DNA from: Candidatus Nealsonbacteria bacterium RIFCSPLOWO2_01_FULL_43_32
GTDB lineage: Bacteria > Patescibacteriota > Minisyncoccia > Minisyncoccales > MHMH01
DNA length: 60,591 nucleotides
Direction: 5' to 3'
NCBI GenBank assembly: GCA_001819335.1
Contig: MHMH01000006.1
Span: forward strand, 1 to 60,591
Positions 8,546 to 16,286 of the stretch are shown in pieces. Each line of letters starts with the position of its first letter. Position 1 is the first letter of the stretch. Below the pieces are notes generated by a model. That model did not search any database. It saw only the letters and a list, made by a program, of their open reading frames with translations, and was not told the origin of the DNA. A program made the translations under genes and the position numbers.

Positions 8546-9223
8546 TTAACCCTTAAGCTTGCGGTATAAATCTTTTAAAACGTCAGCCGCGATTTCTTTC
8601 CCGCCCAAACCGAAAGCCAGGCCCGCCGAAATAACGATGACCGCCACTAAGCCGGTAAACAATGTTTGGACTAAAACCGCCCCCACCCCTAGCTGAACCA
8701 GGATGATGGAGATGGCAAAAATCCAAATGGACCACTTGATGATTAAGCCGACGATGTGGCCGTAGCCTGCTTTGATTGACTCGACCGAGGCTCGGACCAC
8801 TTTCTCCAGAATGTCAGCCAAGAGCACTGCTACTACGAAAATAAAGGCAGACACCACGACATTGGGCAGATAGCCAAGCACCTCTTTTAAGAGGCTGGCG
8901 AATTCTTTGAGACCCAACACTTCCACGGCCGCCATTAAAAAGACAATGGCTAAAACCCATTTGACAATGGCGCCGATAAAAGCCGAGGCGTCCACTTTGA
9001 TGTTGGCCTTGGCTAGGGCTTCGTCCCAATTGCCCTTCTCAAATATCTGATTAAATCTTATTCTCTTGAGAATTTCGGCAATCAATCCGCCCACGCCCAC
9101 CGAAATAAGCCAGCCGACGACAAAGATAATAATCGCTCCGACCAAAGCCGGGATAAGCGCCACAAACCCTTGCCAAAGATTCTGGAGGGCGTCCAGGGTG
9201 ACTGTGTACCAATCTAAAATCAT
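8546..9223 (-). CDS. Multi-pass membrane protein, mechanosensitive-channel-like TM-helix repeats
   Basis: 225 aa with about 5-6 TM helices. Weak resemblance to conserved-TM-helix (MscS-associated) proteins. No SD before the ATG. Confidence 0.5.
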   Translation of the reverse strand: MILDWYTVTLDALQNLWQGFVALIPALVGAIIIFVVGWLISVGVGGLIAEILKRIRFNQIFEKGNWDEALAKANIKVDASAFIGAIVKWVLAIVFLMAAVEVLGLKEFASLLKEVLGYLPNVVVSAFIFVVAVLLADILEKVVRASVESIKAGYGHIVGLIIKWSIWIFAISIILVQLGVGAVLVQTLFTGLVAVIVISAGLAFGLGGKEIAADVLKDLYRKLKG

Positions 9224-9235
9224 ATAATTATAATG

Positions 9236-9305
9236 CGAATCTTACGAATAATTATCCGAATACTACGAATATTCGTATCATTCGGATACGAATTCGCATC
9301 ATTCG
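9236..9305. promoter_or_regulatory. Dyad-symmetric array of 4 CGAAT + 4 ATTCG pentamers (copy A)
   Basis: CGAAT starts at 9236, 9245, 9257 and 9266. ATTCG starts at 9271, 9280, 9292 and 9301. Spacing is 9/12/9 on each arm. The array ends 12 nt from the ATG at 9223. Confidence 0.7.
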
Positions 9306-9517
9306 GATTTTGTTATATTTTTTCGACCTTTTAGGCGATGAAGTTTACCTCCTTCGGAGTTTGCCTTCATCTTCACCTTCGCCCCGCTTTGCGGGGCTCG
9401 GTTAAAGATTAGTGTATTATACAGGAGTCAAGTCAAACAAAAAAGCCATAGGGCTGTGGATAACCCTGAACCAGGTCAAAGACCGGTTCAGGGCCCTAAA
9501 CCGAGCTATGCTCTGGT

Positions 9518-9775
9518 TTAGGGGCTACTCACACTTGCTCTCAATATTAATTTTAGCGCTTTTTTACCTTTGTTTGTTTTAAAATAACCTTCTCTTCTTT
9601 TTGCATCCTCTTTGGAAATAAATGCTTCGTAAAAAATACAACGGAAGGGTAATCTCCTTTTTGTACTAATCGAACCACCAAATTTATGTTGTTGTAACCG
9701 TCGTTTAAGGTCAGAAGTAAAACCAATGTATAAATTTTTATCTTTCAAACTCTGCAGAACATAAGTATAATACAT
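9518..9775 (-). CDS. Stand-alone GIY-YIG nuclease-domain protein
   Basis: MYYTYVL...NLYIGFTSDLKRRLQQH...EA...E...K matches the GIY-YIG/UPF0213 pattern. 85 aa. Confidence 0.85.
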   Translation of the reverse strand: MYYTYVLQSLKDKNLYIGFTSDLKRRLQQHKFGGSISTKRRLPFRCIFYEAFISKEDAKRREGYFKTNKGKKALKLILRASVSSP

Positions 9776-9977
9776 TAGAAAATCTTAACAGATTTTACCT
9801 TTGACGGCAAATTCCAATTCCAGAAACAAAAAACCAGCTATAAAAGCTGATTTCTTGTCCTAAATAAATCTCGTATGACACTTGCTTAGGATATAGGCGG
9901 GAAGTAGCAAGGTCTGCGGCAAATAAAAACGGGGCTTCTATCCCCAAAATATACGAAAAATTTTCTTTTAAAAATGT

Positions 9978-10047
9978 GGAACGTACGAAATTATTTCCAT
10001 AATTTCTACGTTCCTACAACGTAAAAATCTCTGATTTTGTACGTTGT
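9978..10047 (-). repeat. Double hairpin in the tRNA-Ala 3' trailer (ACGTA-core family, copy 1)
   Basis: Hairpins at 10016-10047 and 9978-10014, each about 14-16 bp with a bulged C next to ACGTA. A related copy lies at 36855..36936. Confidence 0.65.
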
Positions 10048-10118
10048 GGACCGTGCCGGACTCGAACCGGCGATCTCCTCATTGCAAATGAGGTGTCCTA
10101 CCACTGAACGAACGGCCC
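10047..10118 (-). tRNA. tRNA-Ala (anticodon UGC)
   Basis: Acceptor GGGCCGT/ACGGTCC with G3:U70. Anticodon loop TTTGCAA. T arm GCCGG-TTCGAGT-CCGGC. No encoded CCA. Confidence 0.9.
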
Positions 10119-10558
10119 TATTTTGGAGATTCTTCTGGTTTAGGCGGTTCCGAAGTGGGAACCTCAACGGGAGTCGGAGTTTCAACAGGCGCCACAGCTT
10201 CAGCAACCGGAATTTCCTCTGGAGCTGCCGGCTTGCCCGCCGTAGCTTCAGCGGAGGCGGGAGCAGCGGCAGGAGCTACTTCTGTTTTTTTGGATTTCTT
10301 GTGAACTGCTATCTTTTTGCCTTCCAAAACGCCTTCTTTTAAAAGCATATTGTAAACCGTGGGAGAAGGCTGAACGCCTTTGGATAGCCAGTATTTGGCT
10401 CTTTCTTTGTTCAAGACTTTCTCTTTGGTCACCGGGTTGTAAAAACCGATCTGTTCCACAAAACGGCCACCCCGCGGTGGATTCGTTTTTTCAGTCACTA
10501 CAATCTTGAAAGAAGGCTGATTTATTTTACCGATGCGAAATAATCTCATTACTAACAT
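10118..10558 (-). CDS. rpsP: 30S ribosomal protein S16 with an Ala/Pro/Glu-rich C-terminal tail
   Basis: MRLFRIGKINQPSFKIVV core. Start chosen at Met13 of the track ORF (Met16 also possible). The stop codon overlaps tRNA-Ala by 1 nt. Confidence 0.85.
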   Translation of the reverse strand: MLVMRLFRIGKINQPSFKIVVTEKTNPPRGGRFVEQIGFYNPVTKEKVLNKERAKYWLSKGVQPSPTVYNMLLKEGVLEGKKIAVHKKSKKTEVAPAAAPASAEATAGKPAAPEEIPVAEAVAPVETPTPVEVPTSEPPKPEESPK

Positions 10559-10577
10559 ATCGTCTATGATACACCTT

Positions 10578-11264
10578 TCATTTTTTAATTTCAAGGGCTG
10601 CTCTAGCTGCTTTTTCCTGAGCTTCCTGCTTAGAGAAGCCGCTGCCTTGAGCCACCAGCGCCTCTTTCAGGAAAACTCCGACCACAAAGTGACGGGCGTG
10701 GTCGGGGCCTGATTCTTCCAGCACTTTATAAGTAGGCGTCACTCCGGACTCTTCCTGGGCTTGTTCCTGAAAAAGAGATTTGGCGTCTTTAAATGACTGC
10801 GTCTCAAGAATCTTGGGCAATTCTTTGAGCAGGTGTCTTTTAATGAACTGCTGGCAGACCAGGTAGCCTTGGTCCAGATACAAGCTGCCGACGAAAGACT
10901 CAAAAGTATTGGCTAAAATATACTGCCGAGCCTTGCCTAATTCTTTTTGCTCTCCCCTGCTTAACAAAAGAAAACTGTTGAAATCAAGACTTCCGGCCAC
11001 TTGAGTGAGCATTTTGGCATTGACCAGAGCGGCTCGCCAATTAGTCAGCTCGCCTTCTGATTTTTTAGGATATTTCTGAAAAAGATACTCGGTCACCGCC
11101 AGCTCCAAAACAGCGTCTCCTAGAAACTCCAGCCTTTCATTGTGGTAAAGATGGAATTTGGGGTTCTCGTTCAGGTAAGAACGATGGATAAAGGCCTGGG
11201 TTAATAAGTCCTTGTTTTTAAATTTAACTTTGAGTTTTTTTTCTAATTTGGAAAAATCGTGCAT
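10578..11264 (-). CDS. rnc: Ribonuclease III
   Basis: Signature ERLEFLGDAVLE plus a C-terminal dsRBD. Confidence 0.95.
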   Translation of the reverse strand: MHDFSKLEKKLKVKFKNKDLLTQAFIHRSYLNENPKFHLYHNERLEFLGDAVLELAVTEYLFQKYPKKSEGELTNWRAALVNAKMLTQVAGSLDFNSFLLLSRGEQKELGKARQYILANTFESFVGSLYLDQGYLVCQQFIKRHLLKELPKILETQSFKDAKSLFQEQAQEESGVTPTYKVLEESGPDHARHFVVGVFLKEALVAQGSGFSKQEAQEKAARAALEIKK

Positions 11265-11273
11265 AAAAATCAG

Positions 11274-11326
11274 CGAATAACTAATTCTTTGCGAATATAC
11301 GAATTCGTAAATTCGTAACTTATTCG
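11274..11326. promoter_or_regulatory. Shorter CGAAT/ATTCG dyad array upstream of rnc
   Basis: CGAAT at 11274, 11292 and 11300. ATTCG at 11303, 11311 and 11322. Central TACGAATTCGTA. rnc has no SD. Confidence 0.5.
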
Positions 11327-11757
11327 CGATTAGTTGATTTATCTATTTCTTTATAAACCGTGCCCAGAACCCCGTTGATGAATTTGCCGGAGCTTTCTCC
11401 GCCAAAGGTTTTGGCCAGTTCAATGGCTTCGTTAATGGCCACTTTGGGCGGCACCTCTTCCTTGTTCTCGTATAACAGTTCAAAAAGGCCCATTCTTAAA
11501 ACATTCCGGTCCACAATGGTAATCTGATCAATGGGCCATTCGGGCGCGGCCTTCTCAATGATTTTGTCTACTTGAGGCAAATGTTTTTTAACGCCGTTGA
11601 CCAGCTGCCAGACAAAATCAACCTTCTCCAGCCCCGGACCGTATTCTTTAATATTCTTTTCCACAATCTTATCCAAAGCATCTTCTTTTTTACCGGAAAA
11701 ATCCCACTCGTAGAGGGATTGCATGGCGATGCTTCTTGAAAGGTGCCGTGATGCCAT
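11320..11757 (-). CDS. nusB: Transcription antitermination factor NusB
   Basis: 145 aa. SR..A.Q.LY N-terminus and an ...[11 protein letters not shown] helix typical of NusB. Confidence 0.9.
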   Translation of the reverse strand: MASRHLSRSIAMQSLYEWDFSGKKEDALDKIVEKNIKEYGPGLEKVDFVWQLVNGVKKHLPQVDKIIEKAAPEWPIDQITIVDRNVLRMGLFELLYENKEEVPPKVAINEAIELAKTFGGESSGKFINGVLGTVYKEIDKSTNRE

Positions 11758-11767
11758 TATAATACTT

Positions 11768-11805
11768 ACCTCCCGAGGGTGCTTATTTAAACACCCTCGG
11801 GAGGT
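11768..11805 (-). promoter_or_regulatory. SD-sequestering hairpin upstream of nusB (family copy)
   Basis: ACCTCCCGAGGGTG (11768-81) pairs with CACCCTCGGGAGGT (11792-805). In the minus sense the 3' arm carries GGAGG 10 nt before the nusB ATG. Confidence 0.75.
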
Positions 11806-11813
11806 GTTTAGGA

Positions 11814-12125
11814 TTATTTCTGGGACATTCTCTCCCAGCTCAAACCTTCTTCCCGCCCCGCCCTGGCGGGGCGAGGCTCGCCCCCTTCGGGGGCGGCTTT
11901 GGCCTGCAGTTCTTTTTCCTTGTTTTTCCTCTCTTTTTTAGTCAGTTTTTTCAAGACATCAATCACCTCTTCGCCCTTGTAATAACCGCAGTTTTGACAG
12001 GCGGTATGCGGCAAAACAGGCTTTTGACACTTGGGGCACAAACCCAAAGCACGCTCTTTCAGAAAAAGGTGCATTCTTCTTTGGTTGCGGTGGGATTTGG
12101 TGTGGCGCTGTTTGGGTACGGTCAT
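11814..12125 (-). CDS. rpmF: 50S ribosomal protein L32 with extended C-terminus
   Basis: [11 protein letters not shown]...CPKC...CQNCGYYKG zinc-ribbon core. Start taken at the internal Met (12125). About 45 extra C-terminal residues. Confidence 0.85.
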   Translation of the reverse strand: MTVPKQRHTKSHRNQRRMHLFLKERALGLCPKCQKPVLPHTACQNCGYYKGEEVIDVLKKLTKKERKNKEKELQAKAAPEGGEPRPARAGREEGLSWERMSQK

Positions 12126-12170
12126 AATGATAGTCGAAGAGATAAATCTCTTCTTCATCTTCGCTTCTGT

Positions 12171-12863
12171 TTAAACAGAAGCTCGATAATGGAAACTATT
12201 TCTATGTATAGCACACCGCCCGTATTTGTTCAACCTCGCCCGGTGAAGTTTTGTCGGATAACCCTTGTGCTGAGCAAAACCGTATTGAGGGTATTGCTGG
12301 TGATACTTGAGCATGAGCCTGTCTCTCGTCACTTTAGCTAAAATTGAGGCCGCAGCGCAGGAAAAAACCTTTTCGTCGGCTTTAATAATCAGTTTGTAGT
12401 TTATAGTTTTTAGTTGATAGTTTTTGACGTTATTGCCATCGATTATCAGAAAATCTGGCTTTATTTTTAAATTATTGACTGCCTTTTCCATTGCTAATTC
12501 TGCCGCATTTTTGATATTGATTCTATCAATGATTTTTTCAGAAACAATCCCTATCCCCCACCAAACTCTGGGATGGGTAGTGAATATCTTATAAAATGCC
12601 TCTCGCCGTTTTGCCGACAATTGTTTTGAATCTCTTAGTTTTAAATCCGAAATTCGAAATTCGAAATCCGAAACGGGTTTAGAATTTAGAAAATTAGGTT
12701 TTTGAATTTGTTTCGAATTTCGTGCTTCGTGCTTCGGATTTATTATTACGACTCCTGCCACTATCGGTCCGGCCAAAGGACCCCTACCCGCTTCGTCCAA
12801 CCCAGCCACTCTTTTAAATCCTTTTTTCCATAATTTTTTTTCTTCCACAAAATTCGGGTACAT
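12171..12863 (-). CDS. rnhB: Ribonuclease HII
   Basis: GLDEAGRGPLAGPIV and DSKQLS motifs. Carries an in-frame repeat insertion between them. Confidence 0.9.
   Translation of the reverse strand: MYPNFVEEKKLWKKGFKRVAGLDEAGRGPLAGPIVAGVVIINPKHEARNSKQIQKPNFLNSKPVSDFEFRISDLKLRDSKQLSAKRREAFYKIFTTHPRVWWGIGIVSEKIIDRINIKNAAELAMEKAVNNLKIKPDFLIIDGNNVKNYQLKTINYKLIIKADEKVFSCAAASILAKVTRDRLMLKYHQQYPQYGFAQHKGYPTKLHRARLNKYGRCAIHRNSFHYRASV
12642..12740. repeat. About 100-nt imperfect inverted repeat of CGAAAT heptads inside rnhB
   Basis: Left arm AAATCCGAAATTCGAAATTCGAAATCCGAAAC. Right arm GTTTCGAATTTCGTGCTTCGTGCTTCGGATTT. Translated in frame. Confidence 0.7.
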
Positions 12864-12911
12864 TATAGAATTATATCATTTTTTAAAATAAAAAAGCTCT
12901 GGCTTTCTTTT

Positions 12912-12940
12912 TTGCCGAGCCTGGGATAGAATGATATAAT
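12912..12940 (+). promoter_or_regulatory. Putative sigma70-type promoter of dnaE
   Basis: TTGCCG-N17-TATAAT with TG at the extended -10 position (TGATATAAT). Lies 22 nt upstream of the ATG. Confidence 0.5.
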
Positions 12941-12961
12941 CCTTCAAGAAAGGTTTTTATT

Positions 12962-15900
12962 ATGCCAAACTTCACTCATCTGCACGTCCATTCTCACTAC
13001 AGTTTACTCGACGGCCTGCCGAAAATCGACGAACTTTTAGATTACACCAAAAAACTGGGCATGGATTCAATCGCCCTGACTGACCATGGCGTGCTTTACG
13101 GCGCGGTGGAATTTTTCAAAAAAGCCAAAGAGCTTGGCATCAAACCGATTATTGGCGCTGAAGTTTATCTGGCGCTGGAAAGTATGCACCAGGAAAGGCC
13201 GGGCATTGACGACAAAAGATATCACCTGATTCTTTTAATTAAAGACGAGCAAGGGTATAAAAACCTGGTGAAACTCGTGACCAGAGCCCATCTTGAGGGC
13301 TTTTATTATCGGCCCAGGATTGACGAAGCATTATTGGAAAAACATGCTCAAGGCCTCATCGGCTTGTCCGCCTGTCTGCAAGGAAAGATTCCCCAGCTTA
13401 TCTTGGCTAAAAAAACCAAAGAGGCTGAAGAAACGGCTTTAAAATACCAGGCGATTTTCGGTCCGGATAATTTCTATCTGGAATTGCAGGACCATCCCCA
13501 TATCCCCTCTCAAAAAAAAATCAATGACGGTTTGATAGCGCTTTCAAAAAAACTGAAAATCCCCTTGGTCGCGACCAATGACAGCCATTATTTGAAACCA
13601 GAGGACGCCGAAGCTCAAGACGTTTTAATGCTCATCAACACCGGCGCCGACCCCAAAGACCCGGAAAGATTAAGCATGAAAATGGATGATTTCTCTTTGA
13701 AAACGCCGGAAGCAATGCAAGAGGCCTTTAAAGATATCCCCGAAGCCATTGAAAACACCCAAAAAATTAAAGACCAATGCAATTTCCAGTTTGAATTGGG
13801 TAAAACTCATTTGCCCTATTTTGAAGTGCCCAACGGTCAAGCTCCCGACGAGTACTTGAAAGACCTTTGCTTTCAAAGACTGAAAAACCGCTACGCAAAA
13901 CCCCAGAAAGAAGTGTTAGAGCGGCTGGAATACGAGCTCTCGGTCATTAAGCAGACCGGTTTTGCTTCCTATTTCCTGATTGTCCAGGATTTCGTCAATT
14001 GGGCCAAGGAGAACCGCATTGTCGTGGGACCGGGCCGGGGCTCGGCCGCCGGCTCTTTGGTTTCCTATGTCTTAAACATCACCAATGTCGACCCTTTGAA
14101 ATATAATCTTTTATTTGAAAGGTTTTTGACTCCGGGCCGGTCGGCCGGACTGCCTGATATTGACCTTGATTTCACGGACCGGAGAAGAGACGAAGTGATT
14201 GAATACGTGGCTCAAAAATACGGCCGGGACAGGGTGGCGCAAATCATTACTTTCGGCACCATGGCGGCCAAGGCCGTGGTCAGGGACGTGGGCCGGGCTT
14301 TGGGCTATGCGTACAACTTCTGCGACCGCCTGGCCAAAATCATTCCTTTGGGCTTCACCCTGGACGAAACAATGAAAAAGATTGGCGAATTCCGCCAAAT
14401 TTATGAAACAGACGAACAGGCCAGAAAACTGATTGATTTGGCCAAAAAATTGGAAGGCGTGGCCCGTCACGCTTCCACCCATGCCTGCGGCGTGGTGATT
14501 GCCAAAGAACCGCTGGAAAACACCGTGCCTTTACAGCATCCGACCCAGGACGAACAAAATATCGTCACCCAATACGAAATGCACGCTATTGAGGATTTGG
14601 GTCTTTTAAAAATGGACTTTCTCGGTTTGAAAAACCTGACCATTATTGAAGACACCCTGGTGCGGATTTACGCGATTCACAACGAAAAAATAGATATCCA
14701 GAATCTGCCGCAAGACGATAAGCAGACCTACAAACTCCTGCAAGACGCCAACACCACCTCTGTTTTCCAGCTGGAAAGCGACGGCATGAAAAGATATTTG
14801 AAGCTGTTAAAGCCGACCGAGTTTGAAGATATTATTGCCATGGTGGCTCTCTATCGCCCAGGGCCCATGAAGCTGATCCCTGATTATATTGCCGGCAAAC
14901 ACAAAAAGAAGCGGGTGGAATATCTGCACCCGAAACTGGAACCGATTTTAAAAAATACCTACGCCATACCGGTTTATCAAGAGCAAATCATGGAAATCGC
15001 CAAAGTCATCGCTGGCTTCACCCTGGCCGAAGCCGATGTTTTAAGAAAGGCCATCGGCAAAAAAATCAAAAAACTGCTCATGGAACAAAAAGATAAATTT
15101 ATTGAAGGGGCGGTGAAAAACGACATCAACCGCAGTATCGCTCAAGAAATCTGGTCTTGGATTGAACCCTCGGCCCGCTACTCTTTCAACCGCTCGCATG
15201 CGGCCGCTTACGCCACTATTGCTTACCAGACCGCTTATTTGAAGGCTCATTATCCGGCCGAATTCATGTCAGCCGCTTTAACTTCGGAAAAAGCGGACGT
15301 GGAAAGAATTGCGGTTTTGATTGAAGAGTGCAAAAAAATGGGCCTGGAAGTGCTGGCGCCCGATATTAATGAAAGTTTCATGAATTTCAGTGTGGTGCCG
15401 AAAAAAAATCAAATCAGGTTTGGGTTACTGGCCATCAAGAACGTGGGCACCAACGTGGTGGAAGCCATTATCAAGGAAAGGAAAGCCAACGGCCCCTATA
15501 TATCAATCCAAGACTTTGTTTCCAGAACCAATACTAAAGACCTCAATAAAAAATCTTTGGAAAGCCTTATCAAGTCGGGCGCCTTTGACAAATTGGAGGA
15601 AAGAAACAAGCTGCTGAACAATTTAGAAAAACTCTTGGAGCATTCAAGAGAAACTCAGAAAAATAAAAATAACGGGCAAAAAGACCTGTTTGACAATACC
15701 ACGTTTAAGGCTACTCTGGCCTTGGCCAGCACTGCGCCGGCCTTGGAATCAGAAAAATTGAAATGGGAGAAAGAGCTGCTGGGGCTTTACATTACCAGCC
15801 ACCCCTTAAAGCACTTTGAGAAAATCATGGGTCAAAAGACATTGCCCATCACGAAAATTTCCCGAGAGCTTACAGGTAAATTGGTAAAAATCTGCGGGGT

Positions 15901-16132
15901 GATTTCCACCATCAAGAAAATCATCACCAAAACCGGCCGGCCCATGCTTTTTATGGGCCTGGAAGACCAGCACGATAAAATTGAGGTAGTGGTTTTCCCC
16001 TCCATTATGGAAAGGAGCCCCGGCTTATTCCAGGAAAACAAAATCGTGCTGATTTCCGGCAGGGTTGATATGAGAGACGGCACCCCCAAAATCATCTGCA
16101 ACGAAGTCGAAGAAATAGTCGAAGAGGGATAA
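12962..16132 (+). CDS. dnaE: DNA polymerase III alpha subunit
   Basis: PHP domain start FTHLHVHSHYSLLDG. 1056 aa. Polymerase core and OB-fold region. Confidence 0.95.
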   Translation: MPNFTHLHVHSHYSLLDGLPKIDELLDYTKKLGMDSIALTDHGVLYGAVEFFKKAKELGIKPIIGAEVYLALESMHQERPGIDDKRYHLILLIKDEQGYKNLVKLVTRAHLEGFYYRPRIDEALLEKHAQGLIGLSACLQGKIPQLILAKKTKEAEETALKYQAIFGPDNFYLELQDHPHIPSQKKINDGLIALSKKLKIPLVATNDSHYLKPEDAEAQDVLMLINTGADPKDPERLSMKMDDFSLKTPEAMQEAFKDIPEAIENTQKIKDQCNFQFELGKTHLPYFEVPNGQAPDEYLKDLCFQRLKNRYAKPQKEVLERLEYELSVIKQTGFASYFLIVQDFVNWAKENRIVVGPGRGSAAGSLVSYVLNITNVDPLKYNLLFERFLTPGRSAGLPDIDLDFTDRRRDEVIEYVAQKYGRDRVAQIITFGTMAAKAVVRDVGRALGYAYNFCDRLAKIIPLGFTLDETMKKIGEFRQIYETDEQARKLIDLAKKLEGVARHASTHACGVVIAKEPLENTVPLQHPTQDEQNIVTQYEMHAIEDLGLLKMDFLGLKNLTIIEDTLVRIYAIHNEKIDIQNLPQDDKQTYKLLQDANTTSVFQLESDGMKRYLKLLKPTEFEDIIAMVALYRPGPMKLIPDYIAGKHKKKRVEYLHPKLEPILKNTYAIPVYQEQIMEIAKVIAGFTLAEADVLRKAIGKKIKKLLMEQKDKFIEGAVKNDINRSIAQEIWSWIEPSARYSFNRSHAAAYATIAYQTAYLKAHYPAEFMSAALTSEKADVERIAVLIEECKKMGLEVLAPDINESFMNFSVVPKKNQIRFGLLAIKNVGTNVVEAIIKERKANGPYISIQDFVSRTNTKDLNKKSLESLIKSGAFDKLEERNKLLNNLEKLLEHSRETQKNKNNGQKDLFDNTTFKATLALASTAPALESEKLKWEKELLGLYITSHPLKHFEKIMGQKTLPITKISRELTGKLVKICGVISTIKKIITKTGRPMLFMGLEDQHDKIEVVVFPSIMERSPGLFQENKIVLISGRVDMRDGTPKIICNEVEEIVEEG

Positions 16133-16161
16133 ATCCTTCTTCTCCACCTTCGTCCACGCAA

Positions 16162-16208
16162 GCGAAGCGAAGAGTAAAGAAGAAATTTATTTCTTCGCAT
16201 CGCTTCGC
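16162..16208 (+). repeat. Long hairpin after dnaE within a GC-rich REP-like element
   Basis: GCGAAGCGA (16162-70) pairs with TCGCTTCGC (16200-08), with an inner AGAAGAAAT/ATTTCTTC stem. The flanks resemble the element at 9374..9402. Confidence 0.5.
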
Positions 16209-16243
16209 GGGACTCGGTGATTGAAGAAATTATCGAAAAATAA

Positions 16244-16269
16244 AACAGCCCCGCTAAATCGGGCCTGTT
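16244..16269 (-). terminator. Terminator after the RAYT-1 gene
   Basis: Minus sense AACAGGCCCG-ATTTAG-CGGGGCTGTT followed by a U-rich run. Confidence 0.5.
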
Positions 16270-16286
16270 GAATAATTACGAAGTAA

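Noticed and set aside
12642-12740. The repeat-rich stretches here and at 38434..38468 as possible CRISPR arrays.
   Set aside because: The units are 7 nt with no spacers, lie inside intact CDSs, and no cas operon is present.
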